Assembly (NCBI GenBank): GCA_963791045.1
Contig: CAWBQK010000015.1
Coordinates: forward strand, 64,001-128,000
Direction: 5' to 3'
Source of the DNA: Candidatus Latescibacterota bacterium
GTDB lineage: Bacteria; Krumholzibacteriota; Krumholzibacteriia; WVZY01
DNA length: 64,000 bases
The position numbers and the translations under genes were made by a program. Numbering within the stretch: the stretch's first letter is position 1; each line of letters starts with the position of its first letter. The notes beneath the pieces were generated by a model, which saw only the letters and a list, made by a program, of their open reading frames with translations, ran no database searches and was not told where the DNA came from. This document shows, one piece after another, positions 9,657 to 18,864 of the stretch.

Positions 9657-10919
9657 CTAGTAACGATAGGTGGCACTGATACGTCCGATGACGGGATCAG
9701 CGTCGCCTGTGCCGTAACCGGTCATCCAGTAACCCATACGGAACGGAAGGTCGGGCGAGAACATCGCGTCGATGTCCCACTCGCCAACATGGAATCCGCC
9801 ACCGATGTTCCACTGGAAATCATTGACGACATCGAGGTTGACCTCTTCCGGATCGATTCCGACAACATCGGCAACCCATTCGAGATCGGTGATCGTGACT
9901 TCGGTTCCATCCTGGAACGTGACCTTGTACTTCGTCATTTCCTTGGTCGCGCCAACACGGAAGGTGAACCACGACGTGATGTCTGACTCGAGACCAATGT
10001 AGAACTTGGGAAGCACGGTGCCGTTAATCTTTGTGATTTCGTCGGGATCGACGGTGTCGTCGACCTTCGAGAGCTCCCAGCTCATCTGATCGAATTCGGC
10101 GGCGAAGATCAGCATGTTGTTGGTGTTGACGTCCCAGTTGAAGGCGGCGCCGATACCAAAGTCGCTCAACTTCTGTCCGCTCGGGGCCTCAAATGCCTCA
10201 ACGGCGTATTCGCCGGCATTGTAGCCAATCCACGGCACGACCGTGCAATCATCCAAGAGTTCGTAAAACAAGCGTGCTTCGAGGTTGTACGCATTGCTCT
10301 TGTCCCAGCCACCATTGAGGTCGCCACCGGCGAAACCGAACGTAACCGCCGCATCGCCGTACATGTTTTCACCCATGTCGAAACGGAGACCACCACCGAT
10401 GGTGGTGAAATTCATGTCCAGCTTGTCCGGGTCGTTGCCCGGAATCTCGATGCTGCCATCGGACCGCGTAAAGGAGAGACCAAGCGCCACTGAGCCGAGT
10501 TCCTTGCCCCAGGAGAGGACGAACTTCGTCGACGGCATCGGCACTTCGACTCCCGGCGTAACGAGCGGGTTGAAAGCAAAGAAGCTGTTATCGTCGAGGT
10601 TGTCATGGAGAAGGAAAATTCCCCATGTACCGAGCCAGTGGTCCTCGCCCCAGTTGTGGGTGAATCCGAGGGCCTGGTAATCAGCGCTAACGCCGGCGCC
10701 GTCTAACGTTCCACCGGTCACGGACGCCTGGCCGACCTCGGCCATTACCATCTTGGTGTAGGACGGAAGGGTCCCATACCAACGGAAAATGTCGGAATCA
10801 TCGTTGATGTACCGCGCGGGGCCACCAAGCGATGCAACACGGCTTGTGGTCGCGAGTGCCGGAAGGGCGATAGCGACGACGAGCAGTGAGAAAACAAAAA
10901 TCTTCGTAACTCTAAACAT
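9657..10919 (-). CDS. Outer-membrane beta-barrel protein (FadL/PorV-like N-terminus), probable major OMP/porin
   Basis: Signal peptide (ALPALA|T), amphipathic beta strands, C-terminal aromatic residue (SATYRY), strong SD, own promoter and terminator. Confidence 0.75.
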   Translation of the reverse strand: MFRVTKIFVFSLLVVAIALPALATTSRVASLGGPARYINDDSDIFRWYGTLPSYTKMVMAEVGQASVTGGTLDGAGVSADYQALGFTHNWGEDHWLGTWGIFLLHDNLDDNSFFAFNPLVTPGVEVPMPSTKFVLSWGKELGSVALGLSFTRSDGSIEIPGNDPDKLDMNFTTIGGGLRFDMGENMYGDAAVTFGFAGGDLNGGWDKSNAYNLEARLFYELLDDCTVVPWIGYNAGEYAVEAFEAPSGQKLSDFGIGAAFNWDVNTNNMLIFAAEFDQMSWELSKVDDTVDPDEITKINGTVLPKFYIGLESDITSWFTFRVGATKEMTKYKVTFQDGTEVTITDLEWVADVVGIDPEEVNLDVVNDFQWNIGGGFHVGEWDIDAMFSPDLPFRMGYWMTGYGTGDADPVIGRISATYRY

Positions 10920-11212
10920 CTGAAACCTCCTAGTGCTGGTCGGGAGACACGCCGTTTAACTTCTATCGGCGGCCTCCATTCCACCAGAGTTTTCTTTCCA
11001 AAGAACCTGTGCGAAACAACTGTTGTCGGGGCAAAACCTTCGTTGTGCCGATCCGCTGCCAGATCGACCACAGTCGCTTTGCATCACCTCCTTCGGACAA
11101 GTCCTATCCTAACGACAAATTACTGCCATGAATTATTAAGTTCGGGTCCTCTGAGACGGCTCTCAGTGGCGGACTACCTCCTTTTTTTCTTAATCTCACA
11201 TCACAAACGGCG

Positions 11213-11241
11213 AATTTATGGACGTCTAAAAGACTTGTCAA
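11213..11241 (-). promoter_or_regulatory. Sigma70 promoter of the OM barrel gene (5' UTR about 290 nt)
   Basis: TTGACA (11241-11236), 17 bp, TAAATT (11218-11213), with an AT-rich upstream tract. Confidence 0.7.
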
Positions 11242-11344
11242 TTCTTTTTTTAAAAATTCGCGAATACTTTCACAAAGGAGGGGGGCCTGGAGGTGATTTG
11301 GCAGGTTTTATGCTACAACAAGTATCTTATCTAATAACAGCGCC

Positions 11345-12391
11345 TTATAAGGACAGGGGGTCGTTGAACAGCCGCCACTCCGCAGCCAATTTTTCGTCAA
11401 ATTTTGAGGAGGTAGATTTCAAAGAATTTACCCTTACGTGGCCATGAGCGTGCAAAAAATTTCCGTCGGACAAGACCATGGCCACGTGCGTAATTTGGGA
11501 CGAGTCCGCGCCAAAGAAAAGCAAATTCCCGGGTTCGAGTTCGTCGATGTCGCCGGAATTTTTGGCGGGGGCGCAACGCGCCTGGAGGTCGGAGTCCCTC
11601 GGAAGTTCAACGCCGCAGAGCTTGAAAACCGTCTGAATCAGCCCCGAACAGTCGAATCCCTTCGGAGTGGTTCCTCCCCACACGTACGGTATCCCCAGGA
11701 AACCGAGCCCCGTCGCCACCAACCGCTCACGCGAAGCCCGCCGGCGTGGGGGCTTTCCCACCACACCTCCCCTGAGATAGCCCGCCCTGCCATCCGGCAT
11801 TGTTACGTGACACCACCCACGCCGCCCTGCGGCGCCCTTCACGACCGGCGTCCCAACTACGGCGTCACAGATCGGGAGGGCCTTGATATCGGGTGTTTCG
11901 AGAATCTGAACAATATTCTCCTCGATCCTCCACTGCGACGCAGCCGTCACCTGGCCGTGTGCCTGACGTGTCATCGACCGCAGATGCCAATCCCTGATCC
12001 AACCGATATAACCATCCGAGAGCCGCGCGAGCGTCCATTCGCCGCTCTTCTTAAGCGGGGTCGCGGGATCGCCGCAGATGGCCTGCGTGACGAGCTCGGA
12101 CTGGTGAGCGGGTTCCTTTCGAACGTCGGCCACACTGTTAACCACCATATAGACATCCGGGAGTCCGGCCGCCGCGTCGGGGAGCCCGACAAACCGCGGG
12201 ACCACACCCGCGGGGAGCGCGTCAGGAGGCAGCCGGCGGCGGATCGCCTCGAGCGCGGCGGCATCGCTGCATTCGAGAATCAACTCGCGGCCGTCAGGCG
12301 GGTTCAATCGGACATCGGTATAACACGTTCGCGAATCAAGCGACAGGTCATCGAGGGCATCTTTAATGGTATCCTGGACGCGCGAAAGCAT
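11345..12391 (-). CDS. SH3b + NlpC/P60 cysteine peptidase (YkfC-like gamma-D-Glu-DAP peptidase)
   Basis: SH3b-like ELVTQ...DGYIGWI, GIPYVWGG, FDCSG, LPRDS and THV...HAH; start moved to Met49 of the track ORF; no signal peptide. Confidence 0.85.
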   Translation of the reverse strand: MLSRVQDTIKDALDDLSLDSRTCYTDVRLNPPDGRELILECSDAAALEAIRRRLPPDALPAGVVPRFVGLPDAAAGLPDVYMVVNSVADVRKEPAHQSELVTQAICGDPATPLKKSGEWTLARLSDGYIGWIRDWHLRSMTRQAHGQVTAASQWRIEENIVQILETPDIKALPICDAVVGTPVVKGAAGRRGWCHVTMPDGRAGYLRGGVVGKPPRRRASRERLVATGLGFLGIPYVWGGTTPKGFDCSGLIQTVFKLCGVELPRDSDLQARCAPAKNSGDIDELEPGNLLFFGADSSQITHVAMVLSDGNFLHAHGHVRVNSLKSTSSKFDEKLAAEWRLFNDPLSL

Positions 12392-12392
12392 C

Positions 12393-13229
12393 TTATTCCC
12401 GCCTCCCCATATCTTTGAGTTTCGGATCCAGCACGTCCCTGCACGTGTCTCCGAGCAGGTTGAAACCGAGGACGGCAATTGTGATTCCCACCCCCGGGGC
12501 AAGACTGAGCCACGGAGCCACCCTGAGATAGTCAAGCCCGGCGCTGATCATCGATCCCCAACTCGGCAGCGGCGGCTGGGCGCCGAGCCCGAGGAAGCTC
12601 ATCGACGACTCCGCCATGATCCCCATCCCCAACCCCATCGAAAAAATGATTATAAGCTGCGAGACACAATTCGGGAGCAGGTGTTTGAATATGATCCGTC
12701 CCGGGTTACCGCCGAGGGATCGAACGGCGAGGACAAACTCCCTCTCCTTTATAGAGAGAACCTGGGCGCGGACAATCCTCGCGACGGCCGCCCAACCGAC
12801 GATTCCCAACGCCAGAATGAGCGAGGTCAGGCTGGGGCCGACCGCCGCCATCACCGCTATGAGCAGAAGGAGGCCCGGGTACGCGAGCGTTACATCGGCC
12901 AGGCGCATGACGGCGCTATCGTAGCGCCCGCCGAAATAGCCGGCGGTAAGACCAAGCAGGGTCCCGATGACGAGCGAAATGACCCGGGACAGCACGCTGA
13001 CCTCCATCGAGACCCGCGCACCGTAAACCAGCCGACTCATGATATCCCGGCCAAAAACGTCGGTTCCGAACGGGTGGGCGAGGGACGGCGGGCTTAAGCT
13101 TTCGGCCATATTGATCTGATAGGGGTCATAGGGGCTCACGAGCGGAGCGAACACCGCGGCAAGCAGCACGACGGCGACGATTATGAGCCCCAGGAGCCCG
13201 TTCTTTTGTTTGATCACTTGTTTGAGCAT
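12393..13229 (-). CDS. Dipeptide/oligopeptide ABC permease (DppC/OppC)
   Basis: HPFGTDxxGRD, EAA-like loop, LSFLGLG-like and PSWG motifs. Confidence 0.92.
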   Translation of the reverse strand: MLKQVIKQKNGLLGLIIVAVVLLAAVFAPLVSPYDPYQINMAESLSPPSLAHPFGTDVFGRDIMSRLVYGARVSMEVSVLSRVISLVIGTLLGLTAGYFGGRYDSAVMRLADVTLAYPGLLLLIAVMAAVGPSLTSLILALGIVGWAAVARIVRAQVLSIKEREFVLAVRSLGGNPGRIIFKHLLPNCVSQLIIIFSMGLGMGIMAESSMSFLGLGAQPPLPSWGSMISAGLDYLRVAPWLSLAPGVGITIAVLGFNLLGDTCRDVLDPKLKDMGRRE

Positions 13230-13233
13230 GATG

Positions 13234-14184
13234 TCACGTATCCGATTCCGACCCCTTATTCTCGAGCGTTATGCGTGGGTCGATCCACGCATACAAAAGA
13301 TCGACGATAAGATTTATCGTCATAAAAACGAGCGCCATAAAAAACACGGCGCCCTGGATCGTTGGAATATCCCGTTTGAGAATCGCGTCGAGCGTGAACC
13401 GCCCCAACCCCGGCCACGCGAAGATGGACTCGGTCAAAACGGCCCCGCTCAAAAAACTCCCAAAATCGGCGCCTACCACCGTTATCACCGGGAGCAGCGC
13501 GTTTCTGAGGGCGTGCTTAAAAAGCAACCGCGGCTCCGAGACCCCTTTGGCGCGGGCCGTCTGGACGTACTGCTCGCGGACAACATCGAGCATGCTCGAT
13601 CGCGTTATCCTGGCAACGTAGGCTGTTGAGGCCTGCGCGAGGGTCACCGCCGGGAGAATCATATACGCGATATTGCCCCCACCGTACCCGGACGGCGGGA
13701 GGAGCCGCAGCTTCATCGCGAACACATAAATAAGAAGCACGCCCAGCCAGAAAACGGGCATCGAAATTCCCACGATCGTCCCACCCATCGTCAGATAGTC
13801 GACGGGCGTCCTCCATTTCCACGCGGCGACCACGCCAGTGCCCACTCCAATTACTATTGAAATCAGCATCGCGAAAAGCGCCAGGCGAAACGTGTGCGGG
13901 AATCGTTCCAGGACCGAGCTGGCGACGGGCTCACCCGTCACATAAGAATGGCCGAAGTCAAAACGGGCCAGATCGCCGATAAAATGGGCGTATTGGATCA
14001 CAAGCGGTCTATCGAGATGCATCTCTTTTCTGAGCGCGTCGATCGTCGCATCGTCGTAACGCTCGCCGACCATGCTTAAGACGGGGTCTCCGGGCAGAAC
14101 GTACACAAGGAGAAACGTCACCGTCGCCACGCCGAGGAGGATTGGAACAAAGAGCAGAAGTCGTCTGATCGTGTACGCCAGCAC
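13234..14184 (-). CDS. Dipeptide/oligopeptide ABC permease (DppB/OppB)
   Basis: PGDP, TARAKG, HALRNA and FAWPGLG motifs. Confidence 0.92.
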   Translation of the reverse strand: MLAYTIRRLLLFVPILLGVATVTFLLVYVLPGDPVLSMVGERYDDATIDALRKEMHLDRPLVIQYAHFIGDLARFDFGHSYVTGEPVASSVLERFPHTFRLALFAMLISIVIGVGTGVVAAWKWRTPVDYLTMGGTIVGISMPVFWLGVLLIYVFAMKLRLLPPSGYGGGNIAYMILPAVTLAQASTAYVARITRSSMLDVVREQYVQTARAKGVSEPRLLFKHALRNALLPVITVVGADFGSFLSGAVLTESIFAWPGLGRFTLDAILKRDIPTIQGAVFFMALVFMTINLIVDLLYAWIDPRITLENKGSESDT

Positions 14185-14189
14185 CGGTG

Positions 14190-15791
14190 TCAGCGGGCCC
14201 CTTCCAGGGATAGGGAGACGGTCGACAGATCTTCGCCAAGATAAACGACCGGGAAAGTATACCCCTGGACACGAGGAGAGACGATAACAAATGACGTGGG
14301 AAAATAGAGGTAGAGCCAGGGCGTGTCTTCATAGATCATGCCGTCGATTTGCGCGTACACCCCACCATCAGAGGCGTCCGCGGGCAATCTCTGCGAAAGT
14401 TCGATAAGACTGTCGACCGTTGAGTTGGCATAAAAAGATCTGTTGCCGCCACCCCCGGCGTTCTCCGAGTGAAACAGAGGATAGAGGAAATTTTCGGCGT
14501 CGGGATAATCCGCGTACCAGTCGAGAAAGAAAGCATCGACACGGCCCCGGCTAACCGCCTCCTTGAAAGCGCTCCACTCTCGTTTTACGACGCGGACGCG
14601 GATACCCAATTCGAGGAGGTACCCCTGGATCGCCTCGACCACGCGGTTGCCCTCCGGACTGTCGCGCTGCCAGATCTCGAGCTCGAACCCGTCCGCATAA
14701 CCCGCATCGGCGAGAAGCGCCCTGGCCCGTGCGGGATCGTATTTGTAAGAAGCTCTCTCTTTATAACCGGGAAGCGCAGGAGGAATCGAACCGGCGGCGC
14801 GTACGGCGTGACCGCCCGTCAACACCTCCACGATCCGGTCGATATCGACTCCCATGTTGAGCGCACGCCTGACGCGAATATCGCGAAGCGGCCCTTTCTG
14901 ATTGTTGAGTCCGATGTACACGACACGAAGCTCCGACTGTGACTGGATCAGGTGTCGGCGGGAATCGTCTTCGAGAAACCTGTCAAGCTCGGCGTGGGGA
15001 ATGCGAAGCACGTCGAGCGAACCGGATTCGAACTCGGCAATCCGCGTAAACGCTTCCGGGATGATTCGGAAACGAACCTTGCTGATGCGGAGCCGCCGAC
15101 CGGCGTAAAACGGGTTGGGTTCGAGCTCGAGGACATCCCCTCGTTTCCACGAGGTAAGTATCCAACGCCCCGACCCCAACGGCCAACCGTTCGATGGAGA
15201 GGAACCGCCTGGAGAATCATCGCCCGCCCCGAGCTGAGCGCCCGAATCGTTTACGGAAACGATATACGCCGCCGGCATCGCGAGAAGCTGGAGAAACGGC
15301 CGGAACGGCTCCTCGAGTTCCACGATAACGGTGGAGTCGCTGGGAGCCGAAAGCCCCTCGACCGACGAGGCCGAACCTTCCATGAAAGCCCGCGCCCCGC
15401 GGATGCGGTCGAGCACCCACGATCGCGGCGAACGTTCGTCCGGGGAGAGCGTGCGTTCGAAGCTTTCAATAACGTCGCCGGCGACAACCTCGCGGCCGTC
15501 CGAGAACCGGGCACGCCGGTCCAGCGAAAAAACGTAGCGTGTGCCGCCTGGATCTATCTCCCACTCGAGGGCCGCATCCGGCACGATCTCACCCGTCGGC
15601 GCGAAGCGGACGAGCCCCTGGTAAATGAGCGAGCAGATCTGACCTTCGGCCACATCGACGACAAACGCAGGATCAAGTTTGTTGGGGGAGGTCTCGAGCG
15701 CTAAACGAAGAACATCGCCTTCCTGGGGACTACCCGCGCATCCCACCGCGAAGACGATGCAGATCAAAACTATAGACGCCGCGTGTTTCAA
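14190..15791 (-). CDS. Family 5 peptide-binding lipoprotein (DppA/OppA)
   Basis: Lipobox FAVGC; LDP, IYQGLV, FSDG, VRRALN and WYADYPD motifs; probable TTG start overlapping the upstream stop. Confidence 0.9.
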   Translation of the reverse strand: MKHAASIVLICIVFAVGCAGSPQEGDVLRLALETSPNKLDPAFVVDVAEGQICSLIYQGLVRFAPTGEIVPDAALEWEIDPGGTRYVFSLDRRARFSDGREVVAGDVIESFERTLSPDERSPRSWVLDRIRGARAFMEGSASSVEGLSAPSDSTVIVELEEPFRPFLQLLAMPAAYIVSVNDSGAQLGAGDDSPGGSSPSNGWPLGSGRWILTSWKRGDVLELEPNPFYAGRRLRISKVRFRIIPEAFTRIAEFESGSLDVLRIPHAELDRFLEDDSRRHLIQSQSELRVVYIGLNNQKGPLRDIRVRRALNMGVDIDRIVEVLTGGHAVRAAGSIPPALPGYKERASYKYDPARARALLADAGYADGFELEIWQRDSPEGNRVVEAIQGYLLELGIRVRVVKREWSAFKEAVSRGRVDAFFLDWYADYPDAENFLYPLFHSENAGGGGNRSFYANSTVDSLIELSQRLPADASDGGVYAQIDGMIYEDTPWLYLYFPTSFVIVSPRVQGYTFPVVYLGEDLSTVSLSLEGAR

Positions 15792-17080
15792 TACCCACTC
15801 GAATTCGTGAGATGATACTCTCCCAGACCAAAGCGGTCGTAGAATACAAAGGTGAGGTTTTCCTTGTAGTAGTACCAGACGAGATACTCTCCCTGGTTTT
15901 GCGAGTCGACCTTTATCTCGGTGTGATCGGGTTCGCCGAACCTGATGTAGGTCTTTCCCCTGTCCGTCCGCCAACCTTCCCGGGATTCGGAAAAGTTTTC
16001 CGTGACATAACGCAGCCGCTTGAGATGCTCGGTCAGCGCCTCGTTTTCTTCGGTACCCGGTGACGGATCGCGACGAATCCAGAACTTCGCCCATGCGAGC
16101 GGCCGTTCCTCCATCGGCGCTTCCTTGAGTTCCTTCAACTCATCATCGCTCGCGATCAGCTTAAGAATCTCAATCGTGTCGTCGACGTGCCGTGTGAGCA
16201 TCGACCTTGAATACCCAAGTGTGAAATCAAACACCGACGTTGTTTCTCGTTCCGGTTTTTTCTGGACCGCTTTTATGGCGAACTTGTAGGCACCCGGATC
16301 CCAATCGTCGGTGTTGAGGTACACGACGAATTGATTTCTCAACCCAGCGATCTTCACCTTTCTTCTGCCGTAAGCAACCATCCTGTTATCCTCATTCGCA
16401 ACCACGAAGGAAAGCGTGCAGTCCACCGAGTCCGCCGTTTCTTCCTCCATGTACACATCGAATTTTATTATGGGATGTTTATCCAACTCGGCAAATAATG
16501 TCGTCTCTTTTTCCAACTGATCGAGCGATTCGTACGAACTGGCCGGAGCGAGAACCGGAACATACCGGCCCGTCTCAATGTCCGCGGCAAAAAGCCGGGG
16601 CGTGCCAACACCAATACCGGCCTCGAGGAACTTCGGCACCTGTATTTGAGTCTCTCGCTCAAAAAAGCGGCGCGTGTTCTTAACCTGAACCGCGCACTGC
16701 ACGATGTAATCCCCCGGCGGGAGATGGAACCGTTTCGACGACCTGGTGCTCATCTTCGCCGAACGCGTCGACTTGTAGTCTTCAACTACGATGCTTTCAT
16801 TGATAACAGCGGTCTCTACCAGTTTTTTCTTTTTGTCGAGAATTTTGACATATACCGCATACTCACTCCGAAATGTGGCGGTGTCTCTTAAAAATATGAG
16901 ACTCGTATAAGGAACGTTGACACTGACGAGGATTGAAGGCCGGTGATCGGGGTCGAGAAAAGCGTGCGTATAAAGCGAGAATCCAGCCATACGAGGCGTT
17001 TGCGCGGACGATGCGGGGTCGGCCCACAGAATGGCCGTAAGAACACACATAAAGAGCGAGTATTTTCGTACACGCGTCAC
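15788..17080 (-). CDS. Secreted GWxTD-domain protein
   Basis: Signal peptide (ASSA|Q), two beta-sandwich-like segments, FWIRRDPSPGTEENE and GWRTDRGKTYIRFGEPD. Confidence 0.88.
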   Translation of the reverse strand: MTRVRKYSLFMCVLTAILWADPASSAQTPRMAGFSLYTHAFLDPDHRPSILVSVNVPYTSLIFLRDTATFRSEYAVYVKILDKKKKLVETAVINESIVVEDYKSTRSAKMSTRSSKRFHLPPGDYIVQCAVQVKNTRRFFERETQIQVPKFLEAGIGVGTPRLFAADIETGRYVPVLAPASSYESLDQLEKETTLFAELDKHPIIKFDVYMEEETADSVDCTLSFVVANEDNRMVAYGRRKVKIAGLRNQFVVYLNTDDWDPGAYKFAIKAVQKKPERETTSVFDFTLGYSRSMLTRHVDDTIEILKLIASDDELKELKEAPMEERPLAWAKFWIRRDPSPGTEENEALTEHLKRLRYVTENFSESREGWRTDRGKTYIRFGEPDHTEIKVDSQNQGEYLVWYYYKENLTFVFYDRFGLGEYHLTNSSGY

Positions 17081-17227
17081 AATACCATCTCCTAATTTAT
17101 TAATTTATTATATGGTTGTAGCGTCGGGCAAGGGAAATCAAGGGGGAACGGGCCGCAACGGCCGCAGCTCCGCTGCGGAAAAACTCAACCGGAGAGAAAA
17201 AAGGATCGAACCTGTGGGAGTGACCGG

Positions 17228-18562
17228 TTAGTCGACCTTGACGGGACGTCCCGTGGCTCTCAGAAGATCGGCCTTCGCGATCAGGTAATCACATTTGGCG
17301 TCCACGAGGTTGCCCTGTGCTTCCTGGAGTTGGGCGGCGGACTCGATCGTCTCGAGCATCGTCCCCGCACCGACCCTGTATCGCTCGTTCGCCAATCTGA
17401 CATTCTCGGACGCCTGGGAGACTGTCTCGTCCGACACCCTCATCCGTTCTTCAGCTTCCGTAAGGATCAGGTAGAGTTGTTTGACCTCGAGTTCGGCATC
17501 GAGCTTGGCCTGCCTGAGTTGTTCTTCGGCGATCCGGCGGTCGGCCTTCGCCTGCTGGATATCGGATTTCGTAGCAAAACGGTCGAAGATATTCCACGTA
17601 AGCTGAACGCCGAGCCCCCATGAATAGTCACTCTTGAAGAAATTCGCTCTGTCCGGAAAATGGCGGTCACTCCACGAGTACTGCATCCCGCCACCCACCG
17701 TCGGCCAACGGGTATTTTTGGTCGCCGTCAATCCATGGTCAGCCGCACGGACACGTTTCTCGCTGGCGCGAAGGTCCGACCGGTGAACGAGCATATAATC
17801 AACTTCCTGCTGGAGGTCGGGTTCGACCATGGCGATTTCGATCAAGGACTGGACATCGAAATCCTCGTCCCACGAGAAGTTAAGGAGTGAGGCAAGCGTG
17901 GCGCGCGCGAGATCTTCGTTGTTCCGTGCGGTAATGAGCTGAAGTTGCGTGTTTCCCAAACGAACCTTTGCCTGCAGCACATCGGCGCGCGTATTCGATC
18001 CGATCCGGAAGAACGCTTCTACTTGTTCGAGATTTCTTTGCGCCGCCTGGGCGGCGTCTTCCTGAACCGATTTCAAATTCTTTTTGCGGACGAGATCATA
18101 ATACGCGCGGATAACCTGCGCGGTGACGATGTCTTTCTGGTATTGGAGATCGAATCCCGCCGCCTCCGAGTTTCGCTTGGCGCTCTTGAGATACTTGACG
18201 TTGGCTCCCCAGTCGAAAAGCATTATGTCCGATCCGATCGAGAACCGGTAATTCTCATAATCCTGGCCGTCTTGCTGTACCGGCCGTCCCTGGGGATCGA
18301 TAAAGATCGATTGTGAGGGGCCGAGAAATGTGTGGCCCGCGTAAAACGTCGTATACAGGTTTGGCAAAAACCGGCCATGATTCCTCAAGACATTCTGCCT
18401 GGAGGACAGAACCCTCTCCTCATAAATACCAACCGTCGTCGACGCATCGATGGCAATCTCGAGCGCCTCTTCGAGCGACAGAACCCGAGTCTGCCCAAAA
18501 ACATTGGCGGCGAAAACCATGCCGCAGCAGAGTATCAACAAGATAACAACGCTTTTCCTCAT
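17228..18562 (-). CDS. TolC family outer-membrane efflux channel
   Basis: Signal peptide (VFG|Q), LSLEEAL, two OEP repeats, W-x-IFD and RYRVG motifs. Confidence 0.9.
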   Translation of the reverse strand: MRKSVVILLILCCGMVFAANVFGQTRVLSLEEALEIAIDASTTVGIYEERVLSSRQNVLRNHGRFLPNLYTTFYAGHTFLGPSQSIFIDPQGRPVQQDGQDYENYRFSIGSDIMLFDWGANVKYLKSAKRNSEAAGFDLQYQKDIVTAQVIRAYYDLVRKKNLKSVQEDAAQAAQRNLEQVEAFFRIGSNTRADVLQAKVRLGNTQLQLITARNNEDLARATLASLLNFSWDEDFDVQSLIEIAMVEPDLQQEVDYMLVHRSDLRASEKRVRAADHGLTATKNTRWPTVGGGMQYSWSDRHFPDRANFFKSDYSWGLGVQLTWNIFDRFATKSDIQQAKADRRIAEEQLRQAKLDAELEVKQLYLILTEAEERMRVSDETVSQASENVRLANERYRVGAGTMLETIESAAQLQEAQGNLVDAKCDYLIAKADLLRATGRPVKVD

Positions 18563-18643
18563 TCTTCACCTTCCAGGAAACAACACAAGTATCGCACAAC
18601 ACCGCGTGTAGTAATTTTACGAAAACACGTCGAATTTGTTGCA

Positions 18644-18672
18644 ATTATAGGAGCTTGGAGGAGCGGTTTAAA
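18644..18672 (-). promoter_or_regulatory. Sigma70 promoter for tolC
   Basis: TTTAAA, 17 bp, TATAAT. Confidence 0.55.
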
Positions 18673-18814
18673 GCGAAAAGCCTCCCCCGCCATCGGCAAC
18701 TGATTGATCCGGGCCAAAATCGCCCGAATACGCCGCTTATCTCCACAGAGAGGCTGCCCCTCCGGCGACGGCGCCTGGCTCCCCAGGAAAGAGGCTCCCG
18801 GCGACTCCGCGAAC

Positions 18815-18844
18815 AAAAAAAGACGGCGCAAGCGCCGTCTTTTT
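18815..18844. terminator. Intrinsic terminator after tonB (bidirectional-type)
   Basis: AAAAAAAGACGGCGC-AA-GCGCCGTCTTTTT inverted repeat with T/A tails. Confidence 0.85.
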
Positions 18845-18864
18845 CCATAAATCTCAGATAAATA

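Noticed and set aside
10955-11084. 42-codon ORF (MQSDCGRSGS...) in the porin leader
   Set aside because: Its ATG abuts the SD motif with essentially no spacing and the peptide has no recognisable features; kept only as an alternative explanation for the UTR finding.
15792-16094. 101-aa N-terminal extension of the DppA ORF
   Set aside because: It overlaps the GWxTD gene out of frame; the lipoprotein signal points to a start near 15791.
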